64,000 nucleotides of DNA. Source: an uncultured Pseudanabaenaceae cyanobacterium (GTDB lineage: Bacteria; Cyanobacteriota; Cyanobacteriia; PCC-9006; JAAUQQ01). The DNA lies in NCBI GenBank assembly GCA_938002085.1, contig CALLAT010000009.1, positions 6,760-70,759 on the forward strand. Direction: 5' to 3'. Below are positions 1 to 10,300 of this stretch, piece after piece. The notes under the pieces are model-generated. The model was not told the DNA's origin, did no database searches, and was given only the letters and a program-made list of their open reading frames with translations. Each line of letters begins with the position of its first letter. Positions within the stretch are counted from its first letter, which is position 1. The translations under genes were made by a program, and so were the position numbers.

Positions 1-3000
1 GGCCAGGTCAAAGTCTTAGGGAATGACGTCCAGGTCACGAATTCAGTTGTTAATGCATCTGGCGCGGCTGGTGGCGAGATTCATGTGGGGGGAGATTACC
101 AGGGGCGTGGAGACATGCTTCGTGCCGTCTCCACTCGCCTAGATGCTGCCTCGGTGTTGCGGGCTGACGGCATCGCTTCAACCTCAGGCATTCGCCCCGA
201 TGGCGGAGAGGTCGTTGTTTGGTCCGATGGCACCGCTGAGTTTGCCGGAACGGCCACGGCACGCTCCTTAGCTCCCGGTGGAGATGGTGGCCTGGTGGAG
301 ACCTCTGGCAAGCAGCAGTTAAATATTGCCTCTACTTCTGATGTGATCACAACTGCTGTTGGTGGCGCAACGGGGCAGTGGCTGATTGACCCGGTAGATT
401 TGACTGTTGTGAATGGCGGTGGAGCTGGGACCATCGTAGGCGGGGTGAATGATCCTGGGTCTAGCACTATTGATGCTTCCACCATAGAGGTAGGGCTAAA
501 TGGCAATAATGTTGCGCTTCAGGCTGATAATTCCATCACCGTCAATGCTTCTATTAATGCCTCTGCCAATCCTAGCGGTGGCGATCTAGACCTAGATGCT
601 CCAACGCTCAACTTGAATGAGCGAGTGACATTATTCTCGGGCAGCGACCTCTCTGGTACTGCGACAACAGTGAATGTGGGGGCAAACGGCGGTGTTCAGA
701 ATGGTATTGATGCTGCTGCAACAGGTGGCACTGTTAACTTGGCTGCGGCTACCTACCGTGAAGGCCAAGAGATCAATATTGATAAAGCAGTGGTTTTGCG
801 TGGGCAAGGTATCGCCAGCACTATCTTGAGCGGTGATGCTGCCAATGATGATATTACTCTGAGCAATCTCGGTGATAATCATCGCGTTGTGAACAACACT
901 GCCGCTGGCACGGTGATTGATGGCGTCACCATTGCCAATGGTGTTTCCACTAGAGGGGCTGGAGTAGATAATACTGCCAATGGTGCTGGCCTAACGATTC
1001 AAAACAGCCAGTTCCTCGATAATCAGATTATTGTTGGCAGTGATGATGGAGGCGCGATCGCAAATCGAGGCTCGCTCACGGTTACCAATAGTCATTTTGA
1101 ACGCAATACAACTCTGAGTGATGGCGGTGCGATTGATGCGAATAGCGGCGCAGTTGTCATTAGCAATAGCACCTTTGAAAATAACAGTGCGGGTGATCAT
1201 GGTGGCGCGATAGATCTAGATCGTGGCACTTTAGATATCTCTGACAGTACCTTTTTGCAAAATACTGCTGCTGAGGATGCGGGAGCAATCAATACTGAAG
1301 GTCAGTTAACCGTCAGTACCTCAGAATTTAGAGAAAATATAGCCCAAATTGAAGGCGGAGCGATTCAGATACAGGGGGGGAATGCTGAATTTGTTGATTC
1401 AAACTTTATTGATAATAATGCTGTTCAATTTGGAGGCGCGATCTCCTCTCGAGGAGCTGCTACTAGCAACTTGACCCTTCGTAGTACTGCACCAGGGCTG
1501 AGTCTTTTCCAAGGTAATCGTGTGACCTCGAGCTCTTCCCTTGAGGGACGAGGTGGTGCAATCTTTATCGCTGGTGCTTCCGATACGACGGTCACAGATA
1601 TCGACTTCGTCATGAATGATGCGACGAATGATGGTGGAGCGATCGCTGCAATCAATGGCAGTAATACTGAAATTACGAATAGTAATTTTCGCCAGAATGT
1701 CTCTACAGGAGATGATGCTGGTGCTGTTTATATTGCAAATAGTTCAACGCTGACTCTCAATCGTGGAAATTTTGAACAGAATGCTGCTGTTGATCGCGGT
1801 GGTGCTCTTACTATTCTGAGGAATTCTCAAGCAACTATTGATGGGACAAGCTTCTCTGAAAATAGTGTGAATAATTTTGGTGGAGCACTTTCCGTTGGTG
1901 AAAATAGTGATGCTTCGCTAAACAATGTTTCTTTTGATCGAAATCGCTCTCTTGCTGGTAGTGGTGGTGCAATTGGTGTTGAATTAAATGGGGAATTGAT
2001 TTCTTTAGATTCTGATTTTACTAGCAATACTTCCGTCTCGCAGGGAGGAGCAATTAGAATTGAAAGCGATTCTGAAGTAACTCTAAATAATAATAGCTTT
2101 CAGAGCAACCAATTACTGGTCAATACAGAAGGAAATGGGGGTGCTATTTTTGTCAATAGTAGTAGTGTTAATGCCCTTTCTGTGATGGGTGGAGATTTCA
2201 CTAATAATTCGAGCCTTGATGATGGTGGGGCTGTCACGATCAATCAAGGTACAGCACAGTTCTCGGATGTCGTATTTGCTTCAAACCGTGCCATCAATGG
2301 CGATGGCGGGGCTGTGGATGTAAATGCTGGTGCTACAGCAATCTTTCAAAATGGAAGCTTCACGAACAACCGAGCCCAATCCTTTGGTGGAGGGATTGAT
2401 AGCAGAGGAATGCTCACCGTTAATGGAACTAACTTCACAGGCAATCAAGCCACCCTAGATGGGGGGGCGATTTTTGTAGGTGCTTCTAATCTAACGAACG
2501 TTCAAAATGCAGACTTTATCAATAATCGGGCCATTGACAATGGTGGGGCGATCGCGTCCCAGAGTGACGGCAGTAGTCAGCTCACAATTTTGGACAGCAC
2601 CTTTGACAACAATGATGCTCAACAGAATGGCGGCGGTCTTTACTTAGATGCTCCCGCTGGAGCCTTGCTCTCGCTTAACCAAAACTCGTTCGTGAACAAT
2701 AGTGGATTGTCAGGAGGCGGGTTATTTAAGACAAACTCTGCTGACTTAACTATTGCGAACACTACGTTTGAACGTAATACCGCGACTGACCATGGAGGGG
2801 GGCTAGCAGCTGAGGCCAGCAATGGCATGATCACCCTTACGGATAGCAGAATCCTTCAAAATATTGCTGGGATAGATGGTGGTGGGATTCGCTTAAATGC
2901 TAGCAATCTTTCAGCCAGCAATAGTTTGATTCTGACGAATCAAACTCAATTTGGTGGGGGCTTAGAGCTGAGTCTTGGTAGTACGGCCCAGGTGAACGGT

Positions 3001-6000
3001 AGTCTGTTTCAAGGCAATACTAGCTCGTCCAGTGGTGGGGCGATTCAGATCGATAATACTTCGAGTGCCACAATTACGAATAGTCAACTCCTGAATAATC
3101 AATCTGGGTCTTTCGGCGGTGCCATCTTTGCCAGGGGGAGTTTTAGTCTTGATAACGCTCTGGTTCAAGCGAATACAGCGGTTAACGGTGGCGCTGGGAT
3201 TTCTCTGGCAGGTTCCAGCAGCGGTACTGTCGCCATCCGCTCTACAACAATTAACGGCAATAACTCTTCGGGTGGTGGCGGTGGCTTGACTCATCTCGGG
3301 GGGCAAGCAGTGACGATTGAGGATAGTACCTTTAGCAGCAATAGTGCTGGTGGCAGCGGTGGTGCCATAGACGCTATCACTTCTAGTATTCAGCTTTCCA
3401 ACAGCACGATCTCTAGCAATGCAACCTCCGGCATGGGCGGGGGTATATCCCTGGCCCCTGCCGCTCAGGTTGACTTAAGCAATGTCACAGTTGCGAATAA
3501 TAATGCTGTTTTTAGAGGGGGTGGACTTGCGAATCGCTTCGGTGGCAGTTTGACCTTGCAAAATACGATCGTGGCGGGAAATACGGCTGCCGATGACCCC
3601 GATATTACAGGCCTGATCACGAGCTTGGGTAATAATATTGTGCAAAATCGTGCAACTAGCACGGGGTATGTGAGTGCTGATTTGCCCGATGGTACGGACC
3701 CTCTGCTGTTATCCCTGGCCAATAATGGTGGATTGACTGAGACTCATGCAGTCCGGGTCAATAGCTTGGCAGTGGATGGTGGTAATGCTGGTGCAACTGC
3801 GGCTGATCAGCGTGGCCTAGTGGCGGTCAATCAAAGAGATATCGGGGCGTATGAGCTAGATAACAATCTGACGGTCTTTACTAGCGGTTCGGGGCAAACT
3901 ACAACTGTCAATCAACCATTTGCGAACCCTATCGAGTTCACGATCATAGACTCTTTGGGTAGCCCGATTGCTGGACAAAATATTACCGTTATCAGCGGTG
4001 GGGCTGTAACTGATCCGAGTGCGAGTTTGGGAACTTTGCAGACTAATAGTAGTGGTGTTGCCTCAACAACAGCAATAGCAAACACAGTCGCTGGTGGCTA
4101 TATGCTGACTCTAGATGCTGGGGTTCCAAATAGAGTATATGGATTATCTCTCACCAATACTGCGGATGTACCCGATCAGATCGCAGTGCTCAATGGCAAT
4201 AACCAAAGCACTATCGTCAATACTGCCTTTGTCAATCCGCTTCAGGTGGTGGTGACGGACCAATTTGGTAATCAGATTCCAAATCAGCCTGTGAGTTTTA
4301 GCCTGCCAGGCAGTGGTGCGAGCGCTAATTCCACTAGTGGTCTTGACCTTAATGCTATTGCTTTAGTGACTGATAGTGCGGGGCAAGCCACTGTTGGTCT
4401 CACTGCGAATACAATCGCTGGAAGCTATGGAGTTGGCCTTACATCTGGAGGCCTAAGCAGCAATGCGACGCTAACCAATTTGCCTGATCTCCCGAATCAA
4501 CTTGTGGTGGATAGTGGCAATAATCAGAGCACCGTGGTCAATACGGCTTTTGCCAACCCGCTGCAAGTGACGGTGACGGATCAGTTCGGCAACGTGATAC
4601 CTGGGGTGACGGTTGATGTGAGCTTACCCGGAGTAGGAGCCAGTGCCAATGGAGGGGCTATCGCGTTAACCACAGATGCGGCGGGTCAAGCCGCCACTGC
4701 CTTAACGGCTAATACTACCGCTGGCAGCTATTCAGTGGGTCTAACCTCTGGCACTGCTGGCAATGCCATCAACTTAACCAACTTGCCCGATGTCCCGGAT
4801 CAACTGACGGTTGTGAATGGCAATAACCAGAGCACCGTGGTCAATACGGCTTTTGCCAACCCGCTGCAAGTGACGGTGACGGATCAGTTTGGTAACGCAG
4901 TATCTGGGGTGACAGTGGATGTGAGTCTGCCAGGCTCTGGAGCTAGTGCCAATGCCGGAGCGACCACCTTAACCACTGATGCGACTGGACAGGCGACGAC
5001 TGGACTCGTCGCAAATACCACGGCTGGAGCTTACAGCCTAGGCTTGTCGGCAGGGAGCTTGGCCAATAGCTTGCAGCTCGTAAACTTACCCGATGCCCCA
5101 GCTCGCCTGGATGTTTTAACTGGGGATAATCAGAGCCAAGTGGTGGATGCCGCTTTTACTGATCCGTTGCTGGTGCAAGTGGCGGACCAATTCGGCAATG
5201 TCATCCCTGGGGCCATTGTGAACTTGAGCCTGCCAGGCACTGGCGCCACTGCTCAGGCAGGAAGCGTTGCCCTAACAACGGATAGCTTGGGCCAGGCCAG
5301 CACCCAGTTCGTCGCGAATACTGTTGCCGGAGCCTATGCGGTGGGCTTAGCTTCAGGCAATCTGAACAACAGCATTAGCCTGAGTAATTTACCCGATAGT
5401 CCAGCACAGTTAGACTTGCTCGCAGGCAATGATCAAGTCGCTCAGATTAATACTGCTTTTGCTGATGAGTTGCGAATACAAGTTGTGGACCAGTTTGGCA
5501 ATGCCATTCCGGGAGCAACAGTCACCTTCACTGCTCCTGTGGCAGGAGTTCCTAGCGCTGCACTATCGGCAGAGGTGGTTACGGCTGATGGTGCGGGACA
5601 AAGTCAAACGCTGGCCACTGCCAATGGATTGGCTGGTTCCTATCAAGTTCAAGCCCAGGCTGGGGCTGCCACAGCTGTTTTTGAACTAGAGAACACAGTG
5701 GATACACCTTTGCCTGAGTTACCTACGGTGACTGAACGTCCGCTGGCATCGCTACCGTCGAGTCAGCCTGTGGAAAATTTCTCTAGCAGCTCGCTGACCG
5801 CCAGCACTCCTTTGAGTTTCGTGAATACGGCAGCTATTGAGGCGATCGATAGTAGCTTCTCCTCTGCTTATACAAACCACTGGGGAACGCCTGCTTCGAC
5901 TGGTGTAACAGTCGCGGAAACCCGTGAACTGCTTCAAAATGCCGCAGAGGTCCATGGTGTGAAATCGGCCGTAGTCTATGGCTTGTTCGTGCCCCAGGAG

Positions 6001-7134
6001 TCATCCCGTGATGAGGGCTTTGGGGCAACCCAAGTGGCGAGCATGGCCCTAAATCGCCGCGCCCAGACCTCGGAGCAGCACGATGATGACCAGTTCATGT
6101 TGGTGTTGGTGCCCAACGAAGGTCCACCCCTGCAGCGATTGGTCAGCGTTACCCGCCAGGAAGTCTTGCAACAGGCTCGGCTGTTCCGCATGGCGGTGTC
6201 AGACCCCTATGACGAGTGGAGCTACAAGCCTCTGGCCCAGCAAATGTATAGCTGGATGTTGGAACCTGTGGAGTCAGAGCTAGAGCGCTTAAAGCTCGAT
6301 AACGTGATGTATGTGATGGATGCAGGGCTGCGGACCTTGCCCCTCGCGGCGATGATGAAGGGGGATGAGTTTGCCATTGAGCGCTACGGCATTTCTTTGA
6401 TCCCCAGCGTTGATTTGATGGAAACCAATTTTGGAGCTTCGGCTCCGTCCTCTCAAATTGTGGCAGCGGGGGCGACGGAGTTTGAGCGGTTAAACGATCT
6501 CCCGGCGGTGGAGCTAGAGTTGGATGCTATTGCTTCACAAGCTGCCCTAGGAAAGGCTCAGAACAGTTCGGTAAACGTACTTTTCAACGAGTCGTTTACC
6601 CAGGAAAACTTGCTCCAGGCCCAGCAGCAAAGCAAGAGTAATATGCTCCACTTGGCGACCCATGGGGAATTTAATGCAGGTGATCTGGGCAGTTCCTATC
6701 TGCAGTTTTGGGATGACCAACTCACGCTAGATGATATTAGTAAGTTGGGCTGGGATGAACTCGAATTACTCATTCTCAGTGCTTGCCAAACTGCCATCAG
6801 TAGCCCTGAGGCGGAACTGGGTTTTGCAGGGCTGGCAGCAGCGACGGGAGTCGAGAGCACCATTGGGAGTCTGTGGAGCGTATCTGACATTGGCACCCTT
6901 GGCCTGATGAGTGAGTTCTATGGACAACTGAGTCAGACTCCCCTACGCTTTGAAGCCTTGCGCCAAGCCCAAATGGCGATGTTGCGAGGGGAAACCCGGT
7001 TGGAGCAGCAGCAGCTCCAAACTGACCGAGGCGAAATTGCTCTGCCGGAGGAGTGGGACTTGCCTGAGTCTGCTGACTTCTCCCATCCCTTCTATTGGTC
7101 TGGATTCACCCTAGTGGGAAATCCTTGGTGGTAA
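1..7134 (+). CDS. Giant TpsA-like beta-helix exoprotein with C-terminal CHAT (caspase-like) peptidase domain; 5' end lies upstream of the window
   Basis: Frame 1 is open from nt 1. GQVKVLGNDVQVTNSVVNASG.. aligns with about residue 362 onward of the downstream paralogue, so the start and TPS domain are off-window and the ORF-track Met at 85 is internal. It carries the GGDGGLVETSGK..WLIDPVDL motif, long GGAI/FxxN PMP-type repeats, a DQRG..DIGAYE cap, six Ig-like repeats, and a CHAT domain with LHLATHG and LILSACQTA. Stop TAA is at 7132..7134. Confidence 0.92.
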   Translation, partial: GQVKVLGNDVQVTNSVVNASGAAGGEIHVGGDYQGRGDMLRAVSTRLDAASVLRADGIASTSGIRPDGGEVVVWSDGTAEFAGTATARSLAPGGDGGLVETSGKQQLNIASTSDVITTAVGGATGQWLIDPVDLTVVNGGGAGTIVGGVNDPGSSTIDASTIEVGLNGNNVALQADNSITVNASINASANPSGGDLDLDAPTLNLNERVTLFSGSDLSGTATTVNVGANGGVQNGIDAAATGGTVNLAAATYREGQEINIDKAVVLRGQGIASTILSGDAANDDITLSNLGDNHRVVNNTAAGTVIDGVTIANGVSTRGAGVDNTANGAGLTIQNSQFLDNQIIVGSDDGGAIANRGSLTVTNSHFERNTTLSDGGAIDANSGAVVISNSTFENNSAGDHGGAIDLDRGTLDISDSTFLQNTAAEDAGAINTEGQLTVSTSEFRENIAQIEGGAIQIQGGNAEFVDSNFIDNNAVQFGGAISSRGAATSNLTLRSTAPGLSLFQGNRVTSSSSLEGRGGAIFIAGASDTTVTDIDFVMNDATNDGGAIAAINGSNTEITNSNFRQNVSTGDDAGAVYIANSSTLTLNRGNFEQNAAVDRGGALTILRNSQATIDGTSFSENSVNNFGGALSVGENSDASLNNVSFDRNRSLAGSGGAIGVELNGELISLDSDFTSNTSVSQGGAIRIESDSEVTLNNNSFQSNQLLVNTEGNGGAIFVNSSSVNALSVMGGDFTNNSSLDDGGAVTINQGTAQFSDVVFASNRAINGDGGAVDVNAGATAIFQNGSFTNNRAQSFGGGIDSRGMLTVNGTNFTGNQATLDGGAIFVGASNLTNVQNADFINNRAIDNGGAIASQSDGSSQLTILDSTFDNNDAQQNGGGLYLDAPAGALLSLNQNSFVNNSGLSGGGLFKTNSADLTIANTTFERNTATDHGGGLAAEASNGMITLTDSRILQNIAGIDGGGIRLNASNLSASNSLILTNQTQFGGGLELSLGSTAQVNGSLFQGNTSSSSGGAIQIDNTSSATITNSQLLNNQSGSFGGAIFARGSFSLDNALVQANTAVNGGAGISLAGSSSGTVAIRSTTINGNNSSGGGGGLTHLGGQAVTIEDSTFSSNSAGGSGGAIDAITSSIQLSNSTISSNATSGMGGGISLAPAAQVDLSNVTVANNNAVFRGGGLANRFGGSLTLQNTIVAGNTAADDPDITGLITSLGNNIVQNRATSTGYVSADLPDGTDPLLLSLANNGGLTETHAVRVNSLAVDGGNAGATAADQRGLVAVNQRDIGAYELDNNLTVFTSGSGQTTTVNQPFANPIEFTIIDSLGSPIAGQNITVISGGAVTDPSASLGTLQTNSSGVASTTAIANTVAGGYMLTLDAGVPNRVYGLSLTNTADVPDQIAVLNGNNQSTIVNTAFVNPLQVVVTDQFGNQIPNQPVSFSLPGSGASANSTSGLDLNAIALVTDSAGQATVGLTANTIAGSYGVGLTSGGLSSNATLTNLPDLPNQLVVDSGNNQSTVVNTAFANPLQVTVTDQFGNVIPGVTVDVSLPGVGASANGGAIALTTDAAGQAATALTANTTAGSYSVGLTSGTAGNAINLTNLPDVPDQLTVVNGNNQSTVVNTAFANPLQVTVTDQFGNAVSGVTVDVSLPGSGASANAGATTLTTDATGQATTGLVANTTAGAYSLGLSAGSLANSLQLVNLPDAPARLDVLTGDNQSQVVDAAFTDPLLVQVADQFGNVIPGAIVNLSLPGTGATAQAGSVALTTDSLGQASTQFVANTVAGAYAVGLASGNLNNSISLSNLPDSPAQLDLLAGNDQVAQINTAFADELRIQVVDQFGNAIPGATVTFTAPVAGVPSAALSAEVVTADGAGQSQTLATANGLAGSYQVQAQAGAATAVFELENTVDTPLPELPTVTERPLASLPSSQPVENFSSSSLTASTPLSFVNTAAIEAIDSSFSSAYTNHWGTPASTGVTVAETRELLQNAAEVHGVKSAVVYGLFVPQESSRDEGFGATQVASMALNRRAQTSEQHDDDQFMLVLVPNEGPPLQRLVSVTRQEVLQQARLFRMAVSDPYDEWSYKPLAQQMYSWMLEPVESELERLKLDNVMYVMDAGLRTLPLAAMMKGDEFAIERYGISLIPSVDLMETNFGASAPSSQIVAAGATEFERLNDLPAVELELDAIASQAALGKAQNSSVNVLFNESFTQENLLQAQQQSKSNMLHLATHGEFNAGDLGSSYLQFWDDQLTLDDISKLGWDELELLILSACQTAISSPEAELGFAGLAAATGVESTIGSLWSVSDIGTLGLMSEFYGQLSQTPLRFEALRQAQMAMLRGETRLEQQQLQTDRGEIALPEEWDLPESADFSHPFYWSGFTLVGNPWW
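990..3855 (+). other. PMP-type (GGAI) right-handed beta-helix repeat region of giant 1, ending in a DQRG..DIGAYE cap
   Basis: Dozens of ~25-30 aa repeats follow the pattern N/D-x-F-x-x-N-x-A-x-x-GGAI, as in polymorphic outer-membrane-protein repeats. Boundaries are approximate. Confidence 0.75.
3866..5690 (+). repeat. Six tandem ~100-aa (~300-bp) Big/invasin-like Ig-domain repeats inside giant 1
   Basis: The unit ..LPDxPxQLxVxxGNNQSTVVNTAFANPLQVTVTDQFGNxIPGVTVxxSLPGxGASA..TTDAxGQAT..ANTxAGSY.. recurs six times. A 62-nt stretch is identical at 4525..4586 and 4828..4889. Confidence 0.85.
5950..7131 (+). other. CHAT peptidase module of giant 1 (core about 6232..7131 plus a conserved N-terminal extension)
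   Basis: The candidate catalytic His codon is 6661..6663 (LHLATHGEF) and the Cys codon is 6784..6786 (LILSACQTA). The tail is ADFSHPFYWSGFTLVGNPWW. Confidence 0.85.
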
Positions 7135-7327
7135 TAGGCTTCATAGAAAGCCTGGCCTGACAAGGGTGGTTGTGAGGATCGTAAAATCGCGCTATGGGAC
7201 TGTATGTGAATAGGGAAATTTGGCCATATTCACGGATTATTTCGTGGGAGGGAAGGGAAATACTGAGACTAGATAGAGTTAGCAAGGGATGATCTCTACT
7301 TAGCTCAGTTATTGGAACCCTCGCGCC

Positions 7328-10300
7328 ATGGTCTGTCCCCGCGGCGTTAATTGTCGCAGTCTGCTTTTGTTGCCGCTGCTGGGAGTTGTTGCCCTGGATG
7401 CTAGCGCTGTCGCAGCTCCCGGACCGGTGCCGGTCAGTTTGCCTTCCCTGGCAGTGGTTGAACCACGGCTGGATGGTCCTGCGTTTCTACTCGCTTCTGC
7501 TTCGCGTTCTTCTGCAGTGCCAGGGACCTCCTCCACTGAGTCGTTGGAAGCGCAGCTGTCTTCGCACACCGCGGCCCTAGGTCTCCAGCTCAATTCTTTC
7601 GACTCCCCCCATTACCTCGCCCAAGTTATTCCCAGCGTTTTAGGGACTCAGACTCATGTGTCTACCGATGTCGGTGGAAACCGCTTTGAGATTGATGGGG
7701 GAACTCAGGTTGGAGGTAATCTCTTCCATCGTTTTGAGCAGTTCGATCTGACGACTGGACAGGTTGCTCGCTTTTTATCTAATTCCACGATTGCATCCAT
7801 TTTTAGCCAGGTGACTGGGCCTGCTTCATCCATTGATGGATTGCTCCAGGTGAGTGGGAGTGGTGCAGATTTATTTCTGATTAACCCAGCAGGGATTTTG
7901 CTAGGGCCGAATGCAAAGCTGGACCTGAGCGGTTCGTTTACGGCGACAACGGCGAGTCGGCTGGGGTTTGGGGAGCAGTGGATTGATCTGTTGGGAGAGG
8001 GGATTGGTGCAGAGACTGAGATCGCCGCTCCCTTAACTGTTCTGGAATTTTCTGGGGATGGGGGAGCGATCGCCAATCAAGGCCGACTAGCAGTCGCTCC
8101 GGGAGAAAGCATTGGGCTGCTGGGTCATGCCGTTGTCAATACTGGCTCCTTAGAAGCACCGGGGGGACAGGTCACGCTGGCCGCCGCGAAGGCTGGGCAG
8201 CGCCTGAGCTTGGATGGAGGCCTGCTGAATCTTGATTTGAATGCTCCTACAGGGGAGTTATTACCCCTGCCATTTGCTTCTACTGCTCTCGGAGCTTCCC
8301 TTGCTGAGGCAACAAGCTTGCAGGTCAGTGCCGATGGCATGATTTCTTTGGAAGCTGGTACAGCGATCCTCTCAGGTGATATTGACGTTTCTGCCCTGGA
8401 CAAGGCTGGAGGTCAAGTCAAGCTACTGGGAGAGTCTGTTCGCTTAGTTAATTCTGTTGTTGATGCATCTGGTCACCAAGGCGGTGAAATCCTTGTTGGG
8501 GGAAACCAGCAAGGTCAGGGAACGTTGCTGCGCGCTCGCCAGACTCAAGTGGATTCTACTTCTGCCTTGCATGTGGATGCTTTGGGAGCTGGAGATGCTG
8601 GCCAAATTATTGTTTGGGCTGACGATGCTACGCAGTTTTCTGGGACGATAACGGCGACAGCCCAGACTGGCGAGGGGGGCTTCGTTGAGACTTCTGGTAA
8701 GCGATTTCTGGACGTTGCAGGGGCCAGGGTCGATGCCAGTTCCCTGGCAGGTGGTTCTGGTGATTGGCTTTTAGATCCCACGGATATTTTGATTCAGGTG
8801 GGCGGTGGAGGAAGCATTGCTGCGGAAAGCTTTGACCCGGCTACGACGGGCCCAGCCAGCGTTATCGCGCCCAGCACGATTGAAAACGCCTTGGATGGGG
8901 GCACCAATGTCACGATCACCACGGCTGGGGGCACAGGCGGGAATGGTGATATCACGCTGAATGATCCGATTAATCAAACGGCTGGGGGCAGTGCTTCATT
9001 CACGTTGACCGGGCGGCGCTTCGATCGCAATGGCGGTGCTCAAATTAATCTCACCAGTACAGGGGGATTGACCTTCAATCTCAACCAGGTCAATGGGGAA
9101 TCGAATCCATCAACCCAGTCGATTCAAACTGCGATCGACAGTATTGGGACTGTTAATGGACCTCGTCTGATTACCCTGGGGCCAGGTTCTTATGTGGGAC
9201 TGCCAGGTGCTGACCTCATCACGATTGATACTGACTTAACTCTGGATGGACTAGATCGCCTGCAAACCTTCATCAGCGGCAGTAACAATGCTCGTGTTGT
9301 TGCCATTGCCCCTGGAACAACAGCAACGCTACAACGGTTGAATATCCAAGATGGGCAAACGGCTGCTTCTGGAGCTGGCATTCTCAATCAGGGAAATCTC
9401 AGCCTGATTGATGTTCTCTTACAAAACAACATTGCAGGTTTGGATGGAGGAGCAATTGATAGCAGTGCAACGAACTCTAGTCTGACGACTGGGGCTGATA
9501 CAGTCATTGCGAACAATCAAGCGGGTCGTAATGGGGGTGGGTTGGTATTAGGCGGTAATAGCCAGATTGAGGATGGTGGCATTATTGGCAATGTGGCTGG
9601 TAATGATGGCGGTGGTGTACACAATACAGGTGTTTTGAGGCTGAGCCGTTTAGGTGTCTCGCAGAATGCTGCGGCCCAAGGGGGGGGAGTTGCCAACGTT
9701 GGTAGCACAGCCAGTACGACGATCCAGTCTTTTGCTGTGCGGGATAATGATGCGACTGGAAATGGCGGTGGTATCTTCAATGACTCTGGCACCCTAGCCA
9801 CGCTTAATGGTTCTTTTGACAACAACACCAGTGGTCGCAGCGGAGGGGGACTGTTCTCTTCTGGCCCCACCTCTATGCTGAATACTGGCTTTGATACGAA
9901 TCAAGCTGCCCAGGCGGGCGGAGGAGCCTTTCTTTTCGGTGCGACTGCTGATTTGCAGGCGCTCTCATTCCAAAACAATCAAGCTGCTGGTGATGGGGGA
10001 GGGCTACGTCTTTCTGACATCACGGCAACGTTGTCCAGTAGTGACTTTTTGAATAACCAGGCTGATTTTGGTGGTGGACTAGAAGCGAGTGGCTCTGGCT
10101 CGGTGACGCTCAATAACGTGACCTTCCTGGAAAATGTAGCCCTTCGCTTGGGCGGTGCATTACAAAATGATGATTCGGTTGTCTTGGTCGCGAATGAACC
10201 TATTTTTGATCGCAACCGAGCTGATCTTCATGGAGGGGCAGTCCATAACAATTCAAGCTTGACTATCAACGATGGATTGTTCATTGATAACAGTGCTGTC

